Shown: positions 12,293 to 24,606, counted from the first letter of the stretch. The stretch is 64,000 nt of DNA from Carcharhinus amblyrhynchos (GCA_965287045.1 CBDIYR020000020.1:1240001-1304000); one strand, 5' to 3'. Numbers and translations: made by a program. The notes: a model not told the origin generated them from the sequence alone.

Positions 12293-12682
12293 TCAGCTGT
12301 GGCTTGGTGGGTAGCATTCCTGCCTCTGATTCAAGACAGCTGTGGATTCAATCCTATACCGGGAGCTTGATCATTAAGTCAAGGCTGGCACTCCCAGTGC
12401 AGTACTGGCAAAGTGCTGCATCGCGCAGTTGAAGGTCTCAGTGTTCAGATGAGGTGTTTGATCGAGGATAGGTCTACCCTCTTTGGTGGCTTAAGTCCTT
12501 TGCTGTCCTGGCCAATATTTATCCCTTCCCCAAGGGAAATTTTCTGGCCACTTTCCACATTGCTGTGTGTGGGATCTTGCTTTTCGCTAACCAGTTGCAG
12601 ATTTTCCTACATCACAACAGTTTTTCAAAAGTACTTCACTGGCTGAGATGTGTTTTTGGAGATCCTGAGGTCATGAAAGGTA
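12293..12682 (+). mobile_element. Deu-domain SINE (SacSINE1-like), decayed
   Basis: tRNA-like head (gtgggtagcattcctgcctctga...gattcaatcc); Deu-domain blocks gtcctggccaatatttatccct and cattgctgtgtgtgggatcttgc; tail gatcctgaggtcatgaaagg. Confidence 0.7.
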
Positions 12683-13247
12683 TTCTTTTCACTAAAATTT
12701 TTTACTTTGGTTAAAATAACTAGCTATTCATTAAAAATACATACATCCTTAACTTTGGGGGGCTAAGTTTCAGAAAGAGAACTGTTCCATTGTCCAATTG
12801 TAATAATGCTCATCTTGAAAAGGTGTGCTTTCAGTTCACTACTTTTCAATCCACTTTTGGTAGCAGGGCATTCAGCTAGCGCACTGCTTCTTCTCTTTCA
12901 ACCACCTTTAGGAGCTATCTGACTAGCATTTCAATAATCCTTTCTAATCTCTGTCCTTATAGCTCAGTATTCAATTTCTTTACTGCAATTTCTGAAGTAC
13001 TTTGGATTGTTTTATGTTAAGGGTGTTATAAAATATACACTGCTGTTGGTCCACGCAAATAAATGGAAAAGCAAAAACGTAAGAGATCCACATGAATACG
13101 GTCTGGCTGGTTAGGAGAGCGACCATTAACCACAGTCCTGCTGGGATAATTGGAAAAATTGGGCAGACTTGATGTTACTAGTGATCAGTGCCAGAAAGTG
13201 TTCATATGTGGATGTTGGATGAGAACAGGGTTGTACTAAATTTTTAA

Positions 13248-13545
13248 AAATTCATTCATGGGTTGTGGATGTCGCTGGTTAGTCCAGCATTTACTGTCCA
13301 TTCCTAATTACCCTTGAGAAGGTGGTGATGAGCTGCTGCTGTAGACCATGTGCTGTTAGGGAGGGAGTTCCAGGATTTTGACCAGTGAAAAAAACAAAAA
13401 TATATTTCCAAGTCAGAATGGTAAATGACTTGGAGGAGAACTTCCAGATGGTGGTGTTCCCATGTATCTGCTGCCTTTGTCCTTCTAGACAGTAATGGTC
13501 ATAGTTTGGAAGGTGTTGTCTAAGGAGCTTTGTGAATTCTGCCAA
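13248..13545 (-). mobile_element. 3' end of CR1-group LINE (same family as 41640-42235)
   Basis: Reverse complement of the family tail (aattcattcatgggttgtggatgtcgctgg...ccattcctaattacccttgagaaggtggtgatgagctgc). Confidence 0.65.
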
Positions 13546-13797
13546 CTACTCCTGCCTTGGGTCACACAAGAAGAGGGTAAAGCATCTGAAGAGCCGCTGG
13601 CAACTTATCCTATTCAATAAATGGAGTCCTGTCTCAGCAAATTTAATTATTAAATTTTGAGAGCCTGCTATCATTAGAAAGGGTAGACATCGGAGAGCAT
13701 ATGGTGAGGAGAATATTGGGAAGAAAAAGATAGGAAATGTGTGGACCATGGAGACACTGGATGCTTTGATGGCTAAAGAAAAAATGTGTATACTCAC

Positions 13798-13886
13798 AGG
13801 TACATAGAAGAACTCCTCATCTCCATGCCTCCTCTTTTTGATGCCTGCATTGGGCCCTTGAACTCCCTGTGGTGTCTGTTTGAAGG
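13798..13886 (-). CDS. TP73: p73 exon 9 (NLS KKRR, start of oligomerization domain)
   Basis: cttcag|CC TTC...GTA CCT|gtgagt; (T)FKQTPQGVQGPNAGIKKRRHGDEEFFYVP; 89 nt. Confidence 0.95.
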
Positions 13887-14348
13887 CTGAAGCACAAAGT
13901 ATAAGAGCATCTAGTCACCTCTCGTGCGTATCCACTCATGATCTGTTTTACAACCTTTCCTTAAAAATATAATTTCTAATCTTGTAAATTACCCCAGGCC
14001 AGATTGTATAGTCTATAATGAGTTTGAAATTTTATTCCACTTTTTTTTAAAACAGTAACTTTGAATTTGGTTAAAATAAATAAAAATAATGTCCTGGTAA
14101 TGTACAGTCTTTGCGCCATATAGCCATGGAATTCCCATCTCTGCTGAGTTCATGACATCAGTAAGTCCGTGTCTGTAGAGGCTAAGTGCTCACTGACAAG
14201 CTTTCAAGGTTGTGGGAACAATGAAAAGTTTCACAGAGACAACTGAGTCCGGTGTGTGTCTCAGCCTTTGAAACGGAAACCAACACAGAAACAGATGGTA
14301 ACATTAGGGGATGCCCACCTCACCTATAGTCAGACCAGCAAAACTTAC

Positions 14349-14491
14349 TGCGTTTGTTACCATTTCCATTTTTTGCTGCGCTCTCGTTGATAGCTTGCTG
14401 CTCACGGTAATGGTCCTCATCTGCTTTTCGATCTCTTCCTGGGCAGGCACAGATTCGACCCTCAAATGACCGGCGTCCAAGAACCTGACCA
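14349..14491 (-). CDS. TP73: p73 exon 8 (end of DNA-binding domain, start of NLS linker)
   Basis: cttcag|T GGT...CGC A|gtaagt; [47 protein letters not shown]; 143 nt. Confidence 0.97.
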
Positions 14492-14624
14492 CTGAAGACG
14501 ACAACCGGGGCACTCATTTGGTGAGGGAATTTCATCAGCCCCAATAACCCCAAATATCAAATCACATCTTTATTGCAGAAAAACAATCCAGCTCACCTCA
14601 CAGAGGAAAATTGGAGAAGGTATT

Positions 14625-14980
14625 GGGGTAGCATGGTGGCACAGTGGTTAGCTCTGCAGCACAGTGGTTAACACTGCTGCCTCATAGCTTCAGGGACCTG
14701 GGTTTGATTCCTGACTTGGGTGACTGTGAGGAGTTTTCACGTTCTCCCCATGTTTGTGAGAGTTTCCTCCAGGTGCTCTGGTTTCCTCCCACAGTCCAAA
14801 GATGTGTGGGTTAGGTAAGGTGGTCATGCTAAATTGCCCCCCAATGTCCCAGGATCCATAGATTAGAGGGATTAGTGGGTTAAATATGTGGGGATAAGGG
14901 CTAGATGGGATTGTTGTCAGCGCAGACTCAATGGGCTGAATGGCCTCCTTTTGCACTGTAGGGTTTCTATGATTTCTATG
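14625..14980 (+). mobile_element. HE1-like V-SINE in TP73 intron 7
   Basis: tRNA-derived head ggtggcacagtggttag with the gcacagtggtta segment duplicated; V-domain tttcctccaggtgctctggtttcctcccacagtccaaagatgtg; CR1-type tail tgggctgaatggcctcct...ctatgatttctatg. Confidence 0.85.
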
Positions 14981-15356
14981 TATTATAAATTTTTGGGAGG
15001 GTTTGAAGACGTGACTGAAAGCTTTCGTTGAAGAGATGTATTTGAAAAAGTGTATAAATGTGGGAAGAGGGATAACCAAGGTTTTGCTGGGTTGTTCCTT
15101 AAAAATAGGGAGAAGTAGCAAACAACAGGCTGGAGGCTGCATGGGAAACACAAAAAGTAGGATTGAAGGATCCAAGTCTAGACAGGTTGTTGAGGCCTTG
15201 TGCAGCCAGGCCCAGGAGTAATTTAAAAATAATAAATTTTATCTATAATCCATTGGAGGACAGGGAACATTATGGATCAGCAAGGATACGAGTCAGAATA
15301 TAAACTAACACAATGAGTGGAGTAGGATAAACTAAAGTTCTAAATATTGATACAAA

Positions 15357-15902
15357 GGGCAGAATTTTTTGTAGGTGGCAGTGCCACCACTGCTGCCAAA
15401 GAAAAAGAAAGGGGTGAGGGGTGTGACCCTGCTTCAGTGAGCAGCAGGATCCAGGGCTGCATTTGCTAGCGGCGTCCAATTAAAGAGCTACCATCAGGGC
15501 TACCAGCCTATTAAGAGCAGAAGACTGCCCCAAGAACAGGCCAATCAAAAAGTTAGCATCTCAACAGGGCCATAGCTGGGATTGGCCATTGCCAGGGCTA
15601 CAGGATGAGAGCACATTGATGGCTGTATGAGGAGTCTAGGGACACTGGAGCTATTAGGATAGACCCTGGAGATGGGTGGGGTTTCACCAAGGGCAGGGAG
15701 CAGCCTCAACTACTGATAAAATGCCAGAGGAGGTGGAAAGAGGCTTTTAGACACTTCAATCGTGTTCTGGGGTGGGCTACCCTGTTTGCTACCTTCCCCA
15801 CTCCTGGCAAAATGGCATGGCAGCAAGATGTTAAAAGGCATTTTGCCAGCCTTCCTGCTTCTGAGCCCATCCCCCCCACAAAAAGCTGGTAAAATTCGGC
15901 CC
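15357..15902. mobile_element. MITE-like element with TIRs
   Basis: gggcagaatttt at 15357 and aaaattcggccc at 15891-15902 form imperfect inverted termini. Confidence 0.5.
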
Positions 15903-16008
15903 AGATACTCATCATGCTGTCTAACTTGTGTCCTTAATGAATGATCAAATATCTTGGAATCAGGCAGCAGTGATTGTAATCCAACATTCTTGTAGAGTCA
16001 GTTACTCA

Positions 16009-16137
<129 letters not shown>

Positions 16138-16716
16138 TCAATTAATCAATCAATAAATAAAGTAATAGTCAACAAACTAACCAATACACATTTCGGTATA
16201 TATGTGTGGAGTTACAATTTATAACATTGAAAATAAGACTCATCTCATATCTCCATTTCAACTCTTTCTACAAACAATCTCAAAGTTGTGGAACTCCTTA
16301 TCTCCTAAAAGCTTAGTGTTGCCTAACAACTGCTTCTAAGTTTACTCAATCTTCTCTTCAAAACAGATATCCTTCACAATGGCCCAGTTCACTGGAGTTT
16401 CTCAATTTAACACAGTGAATGGCCACTGCTGAAATCTATCTTTTCCTTTCAAGTTCCTATCTCTGATCTACCCAACATGTGCTTCCAGCATTTTCCATCC
16501 TTACTCTCATATATTCTGAACTTACAGTTTTGATTCAGGATATAACGTACAGGATTTAACGTTACAACTTTATCCATAACAAAAAAAACTGTCAGAATTT
16601 ATCTGATTTCTTATGTCTCATTGTCTCTTGTGGTTGAAATTCTTGTTTTATCCAGCACAATCTGCTGGTCTAACCTTTTTCTAAAATTAAGAGGTGTCAA
16701 GAGTAGTGGGCCCTTA

Positions 16717-16828
16717 GGGTGGAATTTTATGGCCCCCTCCACCAATGGGATCTGCCAAAATCAATGAACATTTGAACAGCTTGCTGCAATTTCTGGCCCT
16801 GCTAGGATGGTGCTGTAAAATTCTGCCC
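16717..16828. mobile_element. Short MITE-like element (about 112 bp)
   Basis: TIRs gggtggaatttta / taaaattctgccc. Confidence 0.5.
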
Positions 16829-16937
16829 CAAGTTTCTAACAATAACCATTTCATATCTGACACTAGGTGTCAGTATAACCTTAGCAGTGTGCTATTCAAG
16901 GGACCTACCCTGTACAGAATATGGATTTCAGATCCAA

Positions 16938-17063
16938 AACACTACATTCTGCATTCTCTTGTTTCCTTCTCTATGAATAGGATGCCTTGTCTATATAGCG
17001 TGCAAGAAACAATACTTTTCATGGTATACCAATACGTATGACAATAATAAATCAAATCAAATC
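16938..17063 (+). mobile_element. Rex1/Babar-like LINE 3' tail fragment
   Basis: Matches the tail at 36720-36838 (cattctgca...tttccttctctatg...caagaaacaatacttttca...aataataaatcaaatc). Confidence 0.7.
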
Positions 17064-17267
17064 CTTAACGTGTTCTGCACCCTGCACTTTACAATTCCCA
17101 TGATGGGAGGGAGGGGAAATTTCCACAATACTATATCTCACCGTGATTTTTCGTACATTGTTGATCATTATAGTACACAGTGCAACAGAACACAGACTGC
17201 AAAATATAACTAACTGATTCAAAGTATAAAAATCGTTTACTCTGTGTTGCCTCTGATTAATTGTATG

Positions 17268-17812
17268 GAGCATTGGTGAGGCCACATCGGGAATTTTATG
17301 TGTAGTTTTGGTGTCCTTATCCGAGGAAGGATGTTTTTCTATAGAGGAGTGCAGCGAAAGTTTACCAGGCTGATTCCTGGGATGGCAGGTCTCATATGAC
17401 GAGAGACTAAGTTGGTTAGGATTATATTCACTGGAGTTTAGAAGAGTGAGAGGGAATCTCATAGAAACTTATAAAATTTTAACAGGGTTAGACAGGGTAG
17501 ATTCAGAAAGAATGTTCCCAATGGTGGGGCAATCCAGAACTAGAGGGTAGCGGGTAACCCTTTTAGAACTGAGGTGAGGAGAAATTTCTTCACCCAGAGA
17601 GTGGTGAGTGTGTGGAATTCACTACCATAGAATGTAGTTGAGGCCAAAACAGTGTCCGATTTCAAGAAGAAATTAGATATAGTTCTTGGGGCTAAAGGGA
17701 TCAAGTGATATGGGACAGAAGGTGGGATCAGGATATTGATTTTGATGGTCAGCCATGATCAAAATGAATGGCAGAACATACTCGAAGGACCAAATGGCCT
17801 GCTTCTATTTTT
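17268..17812 (+). mobile_element. CR1/HER1-like LINE 3' fragment
   Basis: Decayed RT C-terminus (ttggtgaggccaca...tattcactggagtttagaagagtgagagggaatctcatagaaacttataaaatt...gaaatttcttcacccagagagtggtg) followed by a 3' tail. Confidence 0.8.
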
Positions 17813-17991
17813 TACGCACTTGTGAACAAACTGCGGAGTGCAATGATCTCAGGGATGAGCTGAATCTCTTTATTTGTGAACAAAAGACAGGAACACATCT
17901 TCCTTCCTGACTGGATTAATGGATGATTCAATCACTTGCTACCTAGCTCAGGGACAAACGTAAGAATGAAAAATGTACAGATGCAACGTAC

Positions 17992-18107
17992 CTGTGGAGG
18001 CTCAAATGGCACCAAGACGCTCTGCCGTCCAGTGACAGCGTCATCGATGTACTGAGCAAGGTTGTTTCCTTCCACTCTGATCAGGTGACTTGCTGGAGCA
18101 GACTGAC
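17992..18107 (-). CDS. TP73: p73 exon 6 (DNA-binding domain)
   Basis: cccag|GT CAG...CCA CAG|gtacgt; (G)[38 protein letters not shown]; 116 nt; absent from the ORF track and read manually. Confidence 0.96.
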
Positions 18108-18289
18108 CTGGGAGGATGACAGTAACATTTCAGCCATAAATTGCAACCAGGGCAAAACTAAATGATGAGGGCCCAATGAGGATTCACCCAGAAGGAAGCA
18201 CATGGATCCAATATAAAAATGATAACATTTCCCACAGGTAGAGCTTATTCTATTTTATTACTTATCTGTAATGAGAAGTGAATAAATAA

Positions 18290-18575
18290 GACCATAAGAT
18301 ATAGGAACAGAATTAGACCATTTGGTCCATCATGTCTGTTCTGCCATTCAATCATGGCTGATATTTTTCTCATTCCTGTTCTCCTGCCTTTTCCCCATAA
18401 CCCCAGATCCCTTTATTAATCAAGAACCTATCTAGCTGTGTCTTAAAGACACTCAATGACCCGGCCTCCACAGCCTTCTGTGGCAAAAAGATCCACAGAT
18501 TCATTACTCTCTGGCTGACAAATTCCTACTCCTCCCCGTTTTAAAGGATCGTTCCTTTAGCCTGAGGTTGTGCCT
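18290..18575 (-). mobile_element. CR1-like LINE 3' end
   Basis: accataagatataggaacagaattagaccatttgg...attcaatcatggctga...ccacagattcattactctctggctga, the reverse of a CR1 3' UTR. Confidence 0.7.
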
Positions 18576-21113
18576 AGAATGAGAGAATGAAGATCTGACT
18601 GAACTATAACCCAGGATAGAATTCAGAAGTCAGGCATGTACCATCTGAGGTAGGATTACAAGTTTTAATTTGTTAACTTTCTTATACCTCACTTCCAAAT
18701 TTCTCCTCTTCTTTCCTCATGCTAAGATGCAGGTCTATAAATGCCACCATGCCTTCATCTGTCTCACTCGAGGCAATTCTGCATATATATTATGTACAGA
18801 AATATATCTATGTTTAGAGATTGTTGGCAGGTTATACAGCTGTTGAGGTGCAGCACAATTGTACCTGAGAATAATCCTGTCCTCGCTAGCAGGTGTTGGT
18901 GAATGGTAATCGGGAAGGGGGAAATCTAGTTGACTTTTCTCCCTCAGTAAACAGGAAGGACAGAGGTCAATCGTAGAGTTTCCTATCACTGTCATGGTTG
19001 AGATCAGCACAGACTGAAGATTGAACTGCAATCTTCCTTGTCTGTTGCATACAAGGCTGCAGCCAACTGAAAATCCCAAGATAATTTGTTATCTAAATGT
19101 TGATCATATCAGAACAATTAATTTTTCACTTAAGTTTGGAAACCTCAATGCATGTGGGAATTAAACAGTGGAGAGGGAGCATCATAACTGGTGAGGAAAA
19201 GCATGAGGAGGTTATGAGATTGGAGATAATATCTAGAATAACACTGCTGCCAAAAAAACCTGGCTGAGGTGAGTAAACAGATGTTGTACAAATGAGCTGA
19301 CTTATGTTTACTACAGCTGTTTACTAAGCTCAGCACAATCTAACTGGCAGGAATAATCTAGATGGCAATTGCAACATGGCCTTACTTACAGGTGGTTGAT
19401 TTGTGGGCCTGATAAAACTTCAGTTGGCAGACACAGAGCTGGTTGAAGCTTCTTTACTGAGTTTGGCTGCAGATGGCAAATAGTCTATACTTAAGCGTAA
19501 GTTTGGCACTGCGCCCAATGGCAATATTTTACATGCTGATTGGCTAATTTTGACACTGGCTAATTTTAACACTATCAGTTCACTGGTGCATATTTGAAAA
19601 GCCTCTGAGTGTGAACATAACTGAACTTGGGAAACTTGGCAACTTTCCATGTTGACTGATGGGGGATAAGGCAATTAAGACACTTTGACATACTGACTCC
19701 CAGATTCAACTCCGTGTACACTGAGTGACTGATTCTGGCTATGCTGCTGGGAAACACCCAGCCGTCATCCAACAGGTAAGGAAGAGCCACCCCCAGCTTG
19801 TATCTCTTGAGCAGTTGATTTTGGAACAGATGAGGGAGCCTGCCCTCAGCAGAGAATGGCCAGGGCAATATAGATGATGTTGGAAAGGAGAATACCAGAT
19901 CCCTCTGTTGTCGTTTCTGCATTACTCTCTGCCACCAATTCTTTAAGTTTGAGTTGCTTCTGTGTGAAATGTGAATAAATACAACAACGTAGACAATGGA
20001 TGGTAACTTTAGCTTATACCATAGTCTGGGTGGGACGGAGAATATCGTTGCATGTTAGGTGGGAAGATTACATCGCAAGTTAAAAGGGAGGCTTTGACTA
20101 CAAGGGCCTTTTGCAATGTGGACACAGTCATATGAAACACGAGATGAAGGGTGGAGTGGGCTTAGTGACTGTTAATACTGTGTAAGTAGAATGGTTTACA
20201 AGATCCAGCCCATAGTGAAACTTCTTGACTGGAAAATACATGATAAAATAAATAACCAACTGTGAAATCATTTAGTTGTTTCTCTGCAAGGAAATGCTGC
20301 TGTTCCTCAGAGCAAACAATCCTGGTCTCAAGACAACTTCAATCTAAGGCAAGTACTGTTCTATTCATTATTATTTCAATGAGTCATTTTTGCTACTTCA
20401 GACCCTCACATTGTGTGAGAAAGCAGAGTACATTCACAACACTCACTAGAACCAAAGGTAGTTGTGAGAGCTTGGAACAAGCCATGTCGGGACTCATTAG
20501 AGGAACCGGCACCAAGTCCAACATGTGGTGATAGAGTCGGAGAAATTGGTATATCTTTATTGAAAGTAGCTGTGCAAAGTTCACTTAACCAAATTCCTGG
20601 AATCTTTCTGATGACTCAAAATGAACTACCACTTCACTGGAACATTCAGCCAATGATTCTTTCCCCCTTTCAGTCTTTCACTCATTTTATGTTTCAAGTG
20701 GAGATAACGAAGTGAAAGAGAATAGCTTGTCTGGTGAGTGAATGCGCAACACTAAGAAAGAAGGATAACTTCAGCAGTTCTGTGCTCTTATACTGAGCTA
20801 TGCTTGAATGAAGTATTTGTCAAAGAATGAGCTATAGTACTGATTCTCCAGTTTGCAATCCCTCTGAGTTTGACTCTCCACTGGGAGAGAAGATGATTGA
20901 CTCCAACTGAAACAGAACAGAAATGAACACACAATTTAAATAACGGGCCAATGCTTTGGACAAAAAGAGAGATGAATGGTAGAAAAATGGTCTACATTTT
21001 CTGATTGGTGCCACTTCAAGGAGGAGGAAAGTTTCACCCTCCCTTCCCATCAGTGACTATCCATGGCTACTAAGCAGGTACATAGAGAGGGGAGTTACAT
21101 TGCATCCACTCAC

Positions 21114-21300
21114 CATCATTGAAGTCTCTGCCAAGTTCGTGATTGGGGCAGCGTTTTACCACTTCAGTCACATGCTCAGCCTTCTTGTAGACTGGCATTG
21201 CACGCACCACACTGCCTGGAGGTGGTGGCGAGGTCAATTTCACCTGGATTGGACATGTCTTTGCAATCTGACAATAAAGTTTCTTCAGCAGTGGAGAATA
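21114..21300 (-). CDS. TP73: p73 exon 5 (DNA-binding domain, Zn ligands in RCPNH)
   Basis: ttccag|TAT...GAT G|gtgagt; [62 protein letters not shown]; 187 nt. Confidence 0.97.
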
Positions 21301-21614
21301 CTGGAAATAAAATAACACATAGTAAAACATTAATCAAAATCAATCTCAGCCTTCCATAGTAAGTCAGACCCAGAGTAGTCATCAGGTGAAGAGAAGTCAG
21401 ACAGCAGAGGAACAAGGCACACAGATTTAATTCAGTCCACGTTTTTAAAATCATACACACCATCTTGATTTGTATATGCTGTTTGACTTTTTACAGCTAT
21501 AGAGATAAACCTAGGAAGTCTTGTGGCACAGTGGGTAGTGTCCTTACCTCTGAGCTAGAAGCTCTGGTTCAAGTTCTGCTCCAGGGCTTGATGGTCCAGG
21601 AAGATTTAAGTTTT

Positions 21615-21856
21615 TTTGCTAGTGTCACAAGTAGGCTTACATTAACACTGCCAAGAAAATCCCCTACTTGCCACACTCCAGCACCTGTTCGGATACACTG
21701 AGGGAGAATTTAGCATGGCAAATGGACTAAGGGAGGAAACCCAAGCACTCTGAGGAAACCCACACAGACAAGGGGAGAACGTGAAATCTATGCACAGACA
21801 GTAACTCAAGCTGGGTCCCTGGTTCTGTGAAACAGCAGTGCTAACCACTGTGCTGC
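21615..21856 (-). mobile_element. V-SINE with alternative tail, internally deleted
   Basis: Reverse tRNA head (gcagtgctaaccactgtgctgc) and V-domain; tail gtcacaagtaggcttacattaacactg shared with the copy at 32925-33197. Confidence 0.8.
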
Positions 21857-22259
21857 AAGTACATATACATGTGAAGTGAATTGAATTTGCTGAAGACTGG
21901 CATCTGTGATGATGAGGACCTCAGGAGGAGGCTGAGCTCAACACTTTTGGCTGAAGATGGTTGCAAATACTTCAGCCTTAACTTTTGCACTTGTGTGGCG
22001 CTTTACCCCATGAAGACTCCTCCTCTAAGTTTTTTTATTTAATTGCCTACCACCATTCATTACTTGTTCTGACAGGGCTGATGAGTTTTGACTTGATCCA
22101 TTGTTTATGCGATCAATTAGTTCAGTCGATAGCACACTAACTCCACTGATTATCATGCATTTAGTCCTCTGTTGTGACTTCACCTCAGATTGGCACCACA
22201 TTTGCACAGATGCCTGGCACTCATCGAACCAGGATTGGTCCCCTGGCTTGATGGTATTG

Positions 22260-22358
22260 ACAGTAAGAAGTCTCACAACACCAGGATAAAGTCCAACAAG
22301 TTTATTTGATAGTAAACCCACAAGCTTTTGGAACACTGTTCCTTCGTCAGGTGAGTGG
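22260..22358 (-). mobile_element. Penelope-like element terminal fragment with degenerate minimal hammerhead motif
   Basis: Minus strand reads ctcac-CTGACGA-a-ggaac-agt-gttcc-AAAA-gc-tt-gtgg...aaataaacttgttggactttatcctggtgttgtgagacttcttactg; same family as 46232-46442. Confidence 0.65.
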
Positions 22359-22488
22359 AAAGTGAATTCCACCAATACTGTCATGGCCAGATGCATCTGC
22401 TACTGGTCAACTGGTGAGGTGATGATCAAATAAGCTTTTTTCGCAAGAGGTCAAGTTAGTTCTCTCACCTCCTGCTGCATGCCTAGTA

Positions 22489-22778
22489 GGGGTGTGGCAC
22501 AATGGTTTGCACTGCTGCCTCACAGCGCCAGGGATCCGGGTTCGATTCTGGCCTTGGGTGGCTGTTTGTGTGGAGGTTACACATTCTTCCCGCATCTGCG
22601 TGGGTTTCCTCTGGATGCTCTGTAGATTGTAGATTAGGTGGATTGGCCATGGTAAATTGCCCCTTAGTGTCAGGGGATTAGCAATGTAAATAGATAGGGT
22701 TACAAGCATAGAGCTTGGTTGAATTGTTGTCGGTGCAAAATGGCCTCCTTCTACACCGTAGGGATTTTACAATTCTAT
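22489..22778 (+). mobile_element. HE1-like V-SINE nested in LINE fragment
   Basis: gtggcacaatggttt...cagcgccagggatccgggttcgattc (B box); gattaggtggattggccatggtaaattgccccttagtgtc; tail tggcctccttctacaccgtagggatt. Confidence 0.85.
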
Positions 22779-23621
22779 TAACACAGCAATGTTCTTCATG
22801 ACTCTGCCTGCTCAGTTAATTGTAGTGTTACACTTTGAAGCCCTCCGACCTGAGTATGTTCTGTACACTTGCTGCCTTCAATGCTTGTCATGAACCCAAT
22901 TGGTCCAGAGCCATTGATGATAACCCCCAAGATCACATCCTCTGGTGGTTCTGCCCTGTCAGTGGAATACCCAGGGATGGTGATGGAGGGGTCTGGGTCA
23001 TTGGGTGAGAGATAGGATTCTGTGAGTAAGATTAAATCAGGCTTTTGCAACAATTTTGCCACGAATGTTAATGAAGAGCACTTTGCCAGATTGACTGGGC
23101 CAAATGTCCCTTTGTCCTTTCTGAATCCAAAGTCTAGGCAAATGCCAGGTAGTTTGTCCAGTCTTATTCTTTTTATATCAGTATTATTTAATTGAGTAAT
23201 TTAAATTCTCCAGCCTCATGAGAGATTTGGACTCACGTATCTGGATCATTAGTTAAGGTCTCTAGATTACTAGTCCACAATAAACAAAATCAAAATACTA
23301 CTGTTTCCACTAATAGCATAATATACTGATACAACCATTTTCCCTATTTATGCAGAAACCTAAAGGGTGTGGGCTGTATTTATAGAGTCATAGAGATCTA
23401 CAGCACACAGAAAGGGCCTTTTGCCCATGGGGTTTATGCCAGCCAAAGACAAACCACCCAACTATTCTAATCCCATTTTCCAGCACTTAGCCCATGGCTT
23501 TGTATGGCATCACAAGAGCACATCTGAATACTTAAATGTTATTTGAGCCCAAAACTCAGAGATGAAAGACCAGTTAGCCAACTCAGACCTAACCTCCAGC
23601 AAAATGAAGAACAGAGAAAGA

Positions 23622-23985
23622 CTGACACTTATAAAGCACTTCTCACGATCACCAGACGAAGTGTTTTACAGCCAATGTCATACTTCTTTGAAGTGTAGTC
23701 ACTGTTGTAATGCAGGAAACAGTAGCCAATGTGCACACAAGCTCCCATAAACAGCAAGGTGATTTGCCCAGATAATCTGATTTTGTGATGTGAAATAGTG
23801 GGTTCTTTTACATCCAATTGAGAGAATAGATAGGACTTCAATTTAACACATCATCTGAAAGATGGCACCTTCAACAGTGCAGCACTCCCTAAGTAAAAGC
23901 CTTGATTATTGTACTCAGGTCCTCAAATGGGACTTGAACGCAGAATTTTGTAACTCAGTGGCAATAGTGCTACTGCTAACACAAG
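23622..23985 (-). mobile_element. Deu-domain SINE, decayed
   Basis: Reverse of the SacSINE1-like layout: ttacagccaatg...gaagtgtagtcactgttgtaatgcaggaaac...catctgaaagatggcaccttcaacagtgcagcactccct...gggacttgaac. Confidence 0.7.
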
Positions 23986-24606
23986 CCATTCAGACTCTTC
24001 CTCCTTTTTGATCTTTGTAACTCTTATTTCAACTCATTTTTCCTGAGGATCTTGAAATTGCAGAACCCCTTGCCTTCTTGCAGCTTACTCTTCTTCCCAC
24101 AAACTACATGATTTCTAAAAATGTTTGGCATCATCTAACTGGTTCCTGATTTACCTTCTTTTCAATTCTTCAGCTTGTTTTGCTGTCTTGTGTTATCACT
24201 TGGGTTTCTCCACATAACAAAAAAAAACTTATAGTTTGGTGTGGATTTAAACACAGGTCTCAGAGATGAAACAGAGAGCCAACCCACCTTGCAGTTTCTT
24301 TGTGTGGGTCAGCAGTTAGAACTGGCAGTGACCGAACCTTTAATTGTGACCAAATTCTCTTGTGCTTTTTAACAAGACCCAGGTTAGCATTAACAATCTG
24401 GAAAGGAATTTGGTCCAAATGTGCGAGGAAGTCATATGGGAATATTTATTCTTGCATCTAGACATCTTCTGAAAGTATCCTAAAAGCCTGTAACAGCTTC
24501 CAGAAAACACTGTGACATATAATGAATTTGGTAAACACTTGGTAATCAGTAAGTAAACACTTAAATCCCCATCCGCAATGTTTTGACATTCGCTCATTGA
24601 ATAAAC

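Larger units (their letters stand above)
21880..23160 (-). mobile_element. Decayed CR1-group LINE fragment including the endonuclease region, interrupted by a Penelope-like fragment and a SINE
   Basis: ORF 22796-23062 gives KPDLILLTESYLSPNDPDPSITIPGY (APE/EEP endonuclease motif); ORF 22025-22396 contains TIKPGDQSWFDECQ, typical of the post-endonuclease region. Confidence 0.65.

Noticed and set aside
14625-14715. tRNA genes at the SINE heads (also 22489, 33197, 38455, 46097, 53492)
   Set aside because: The A/B-box segments run directly into the V-domain and LINE-like tail and do not fold into a full cloverleaf; they are SINE heads.
21251-21260. Perfect p53 half-site GGACATGTCT in exon 5
   Set aside because: A single half-site explained by the KTCP codons, with no adjacent partner decamer.
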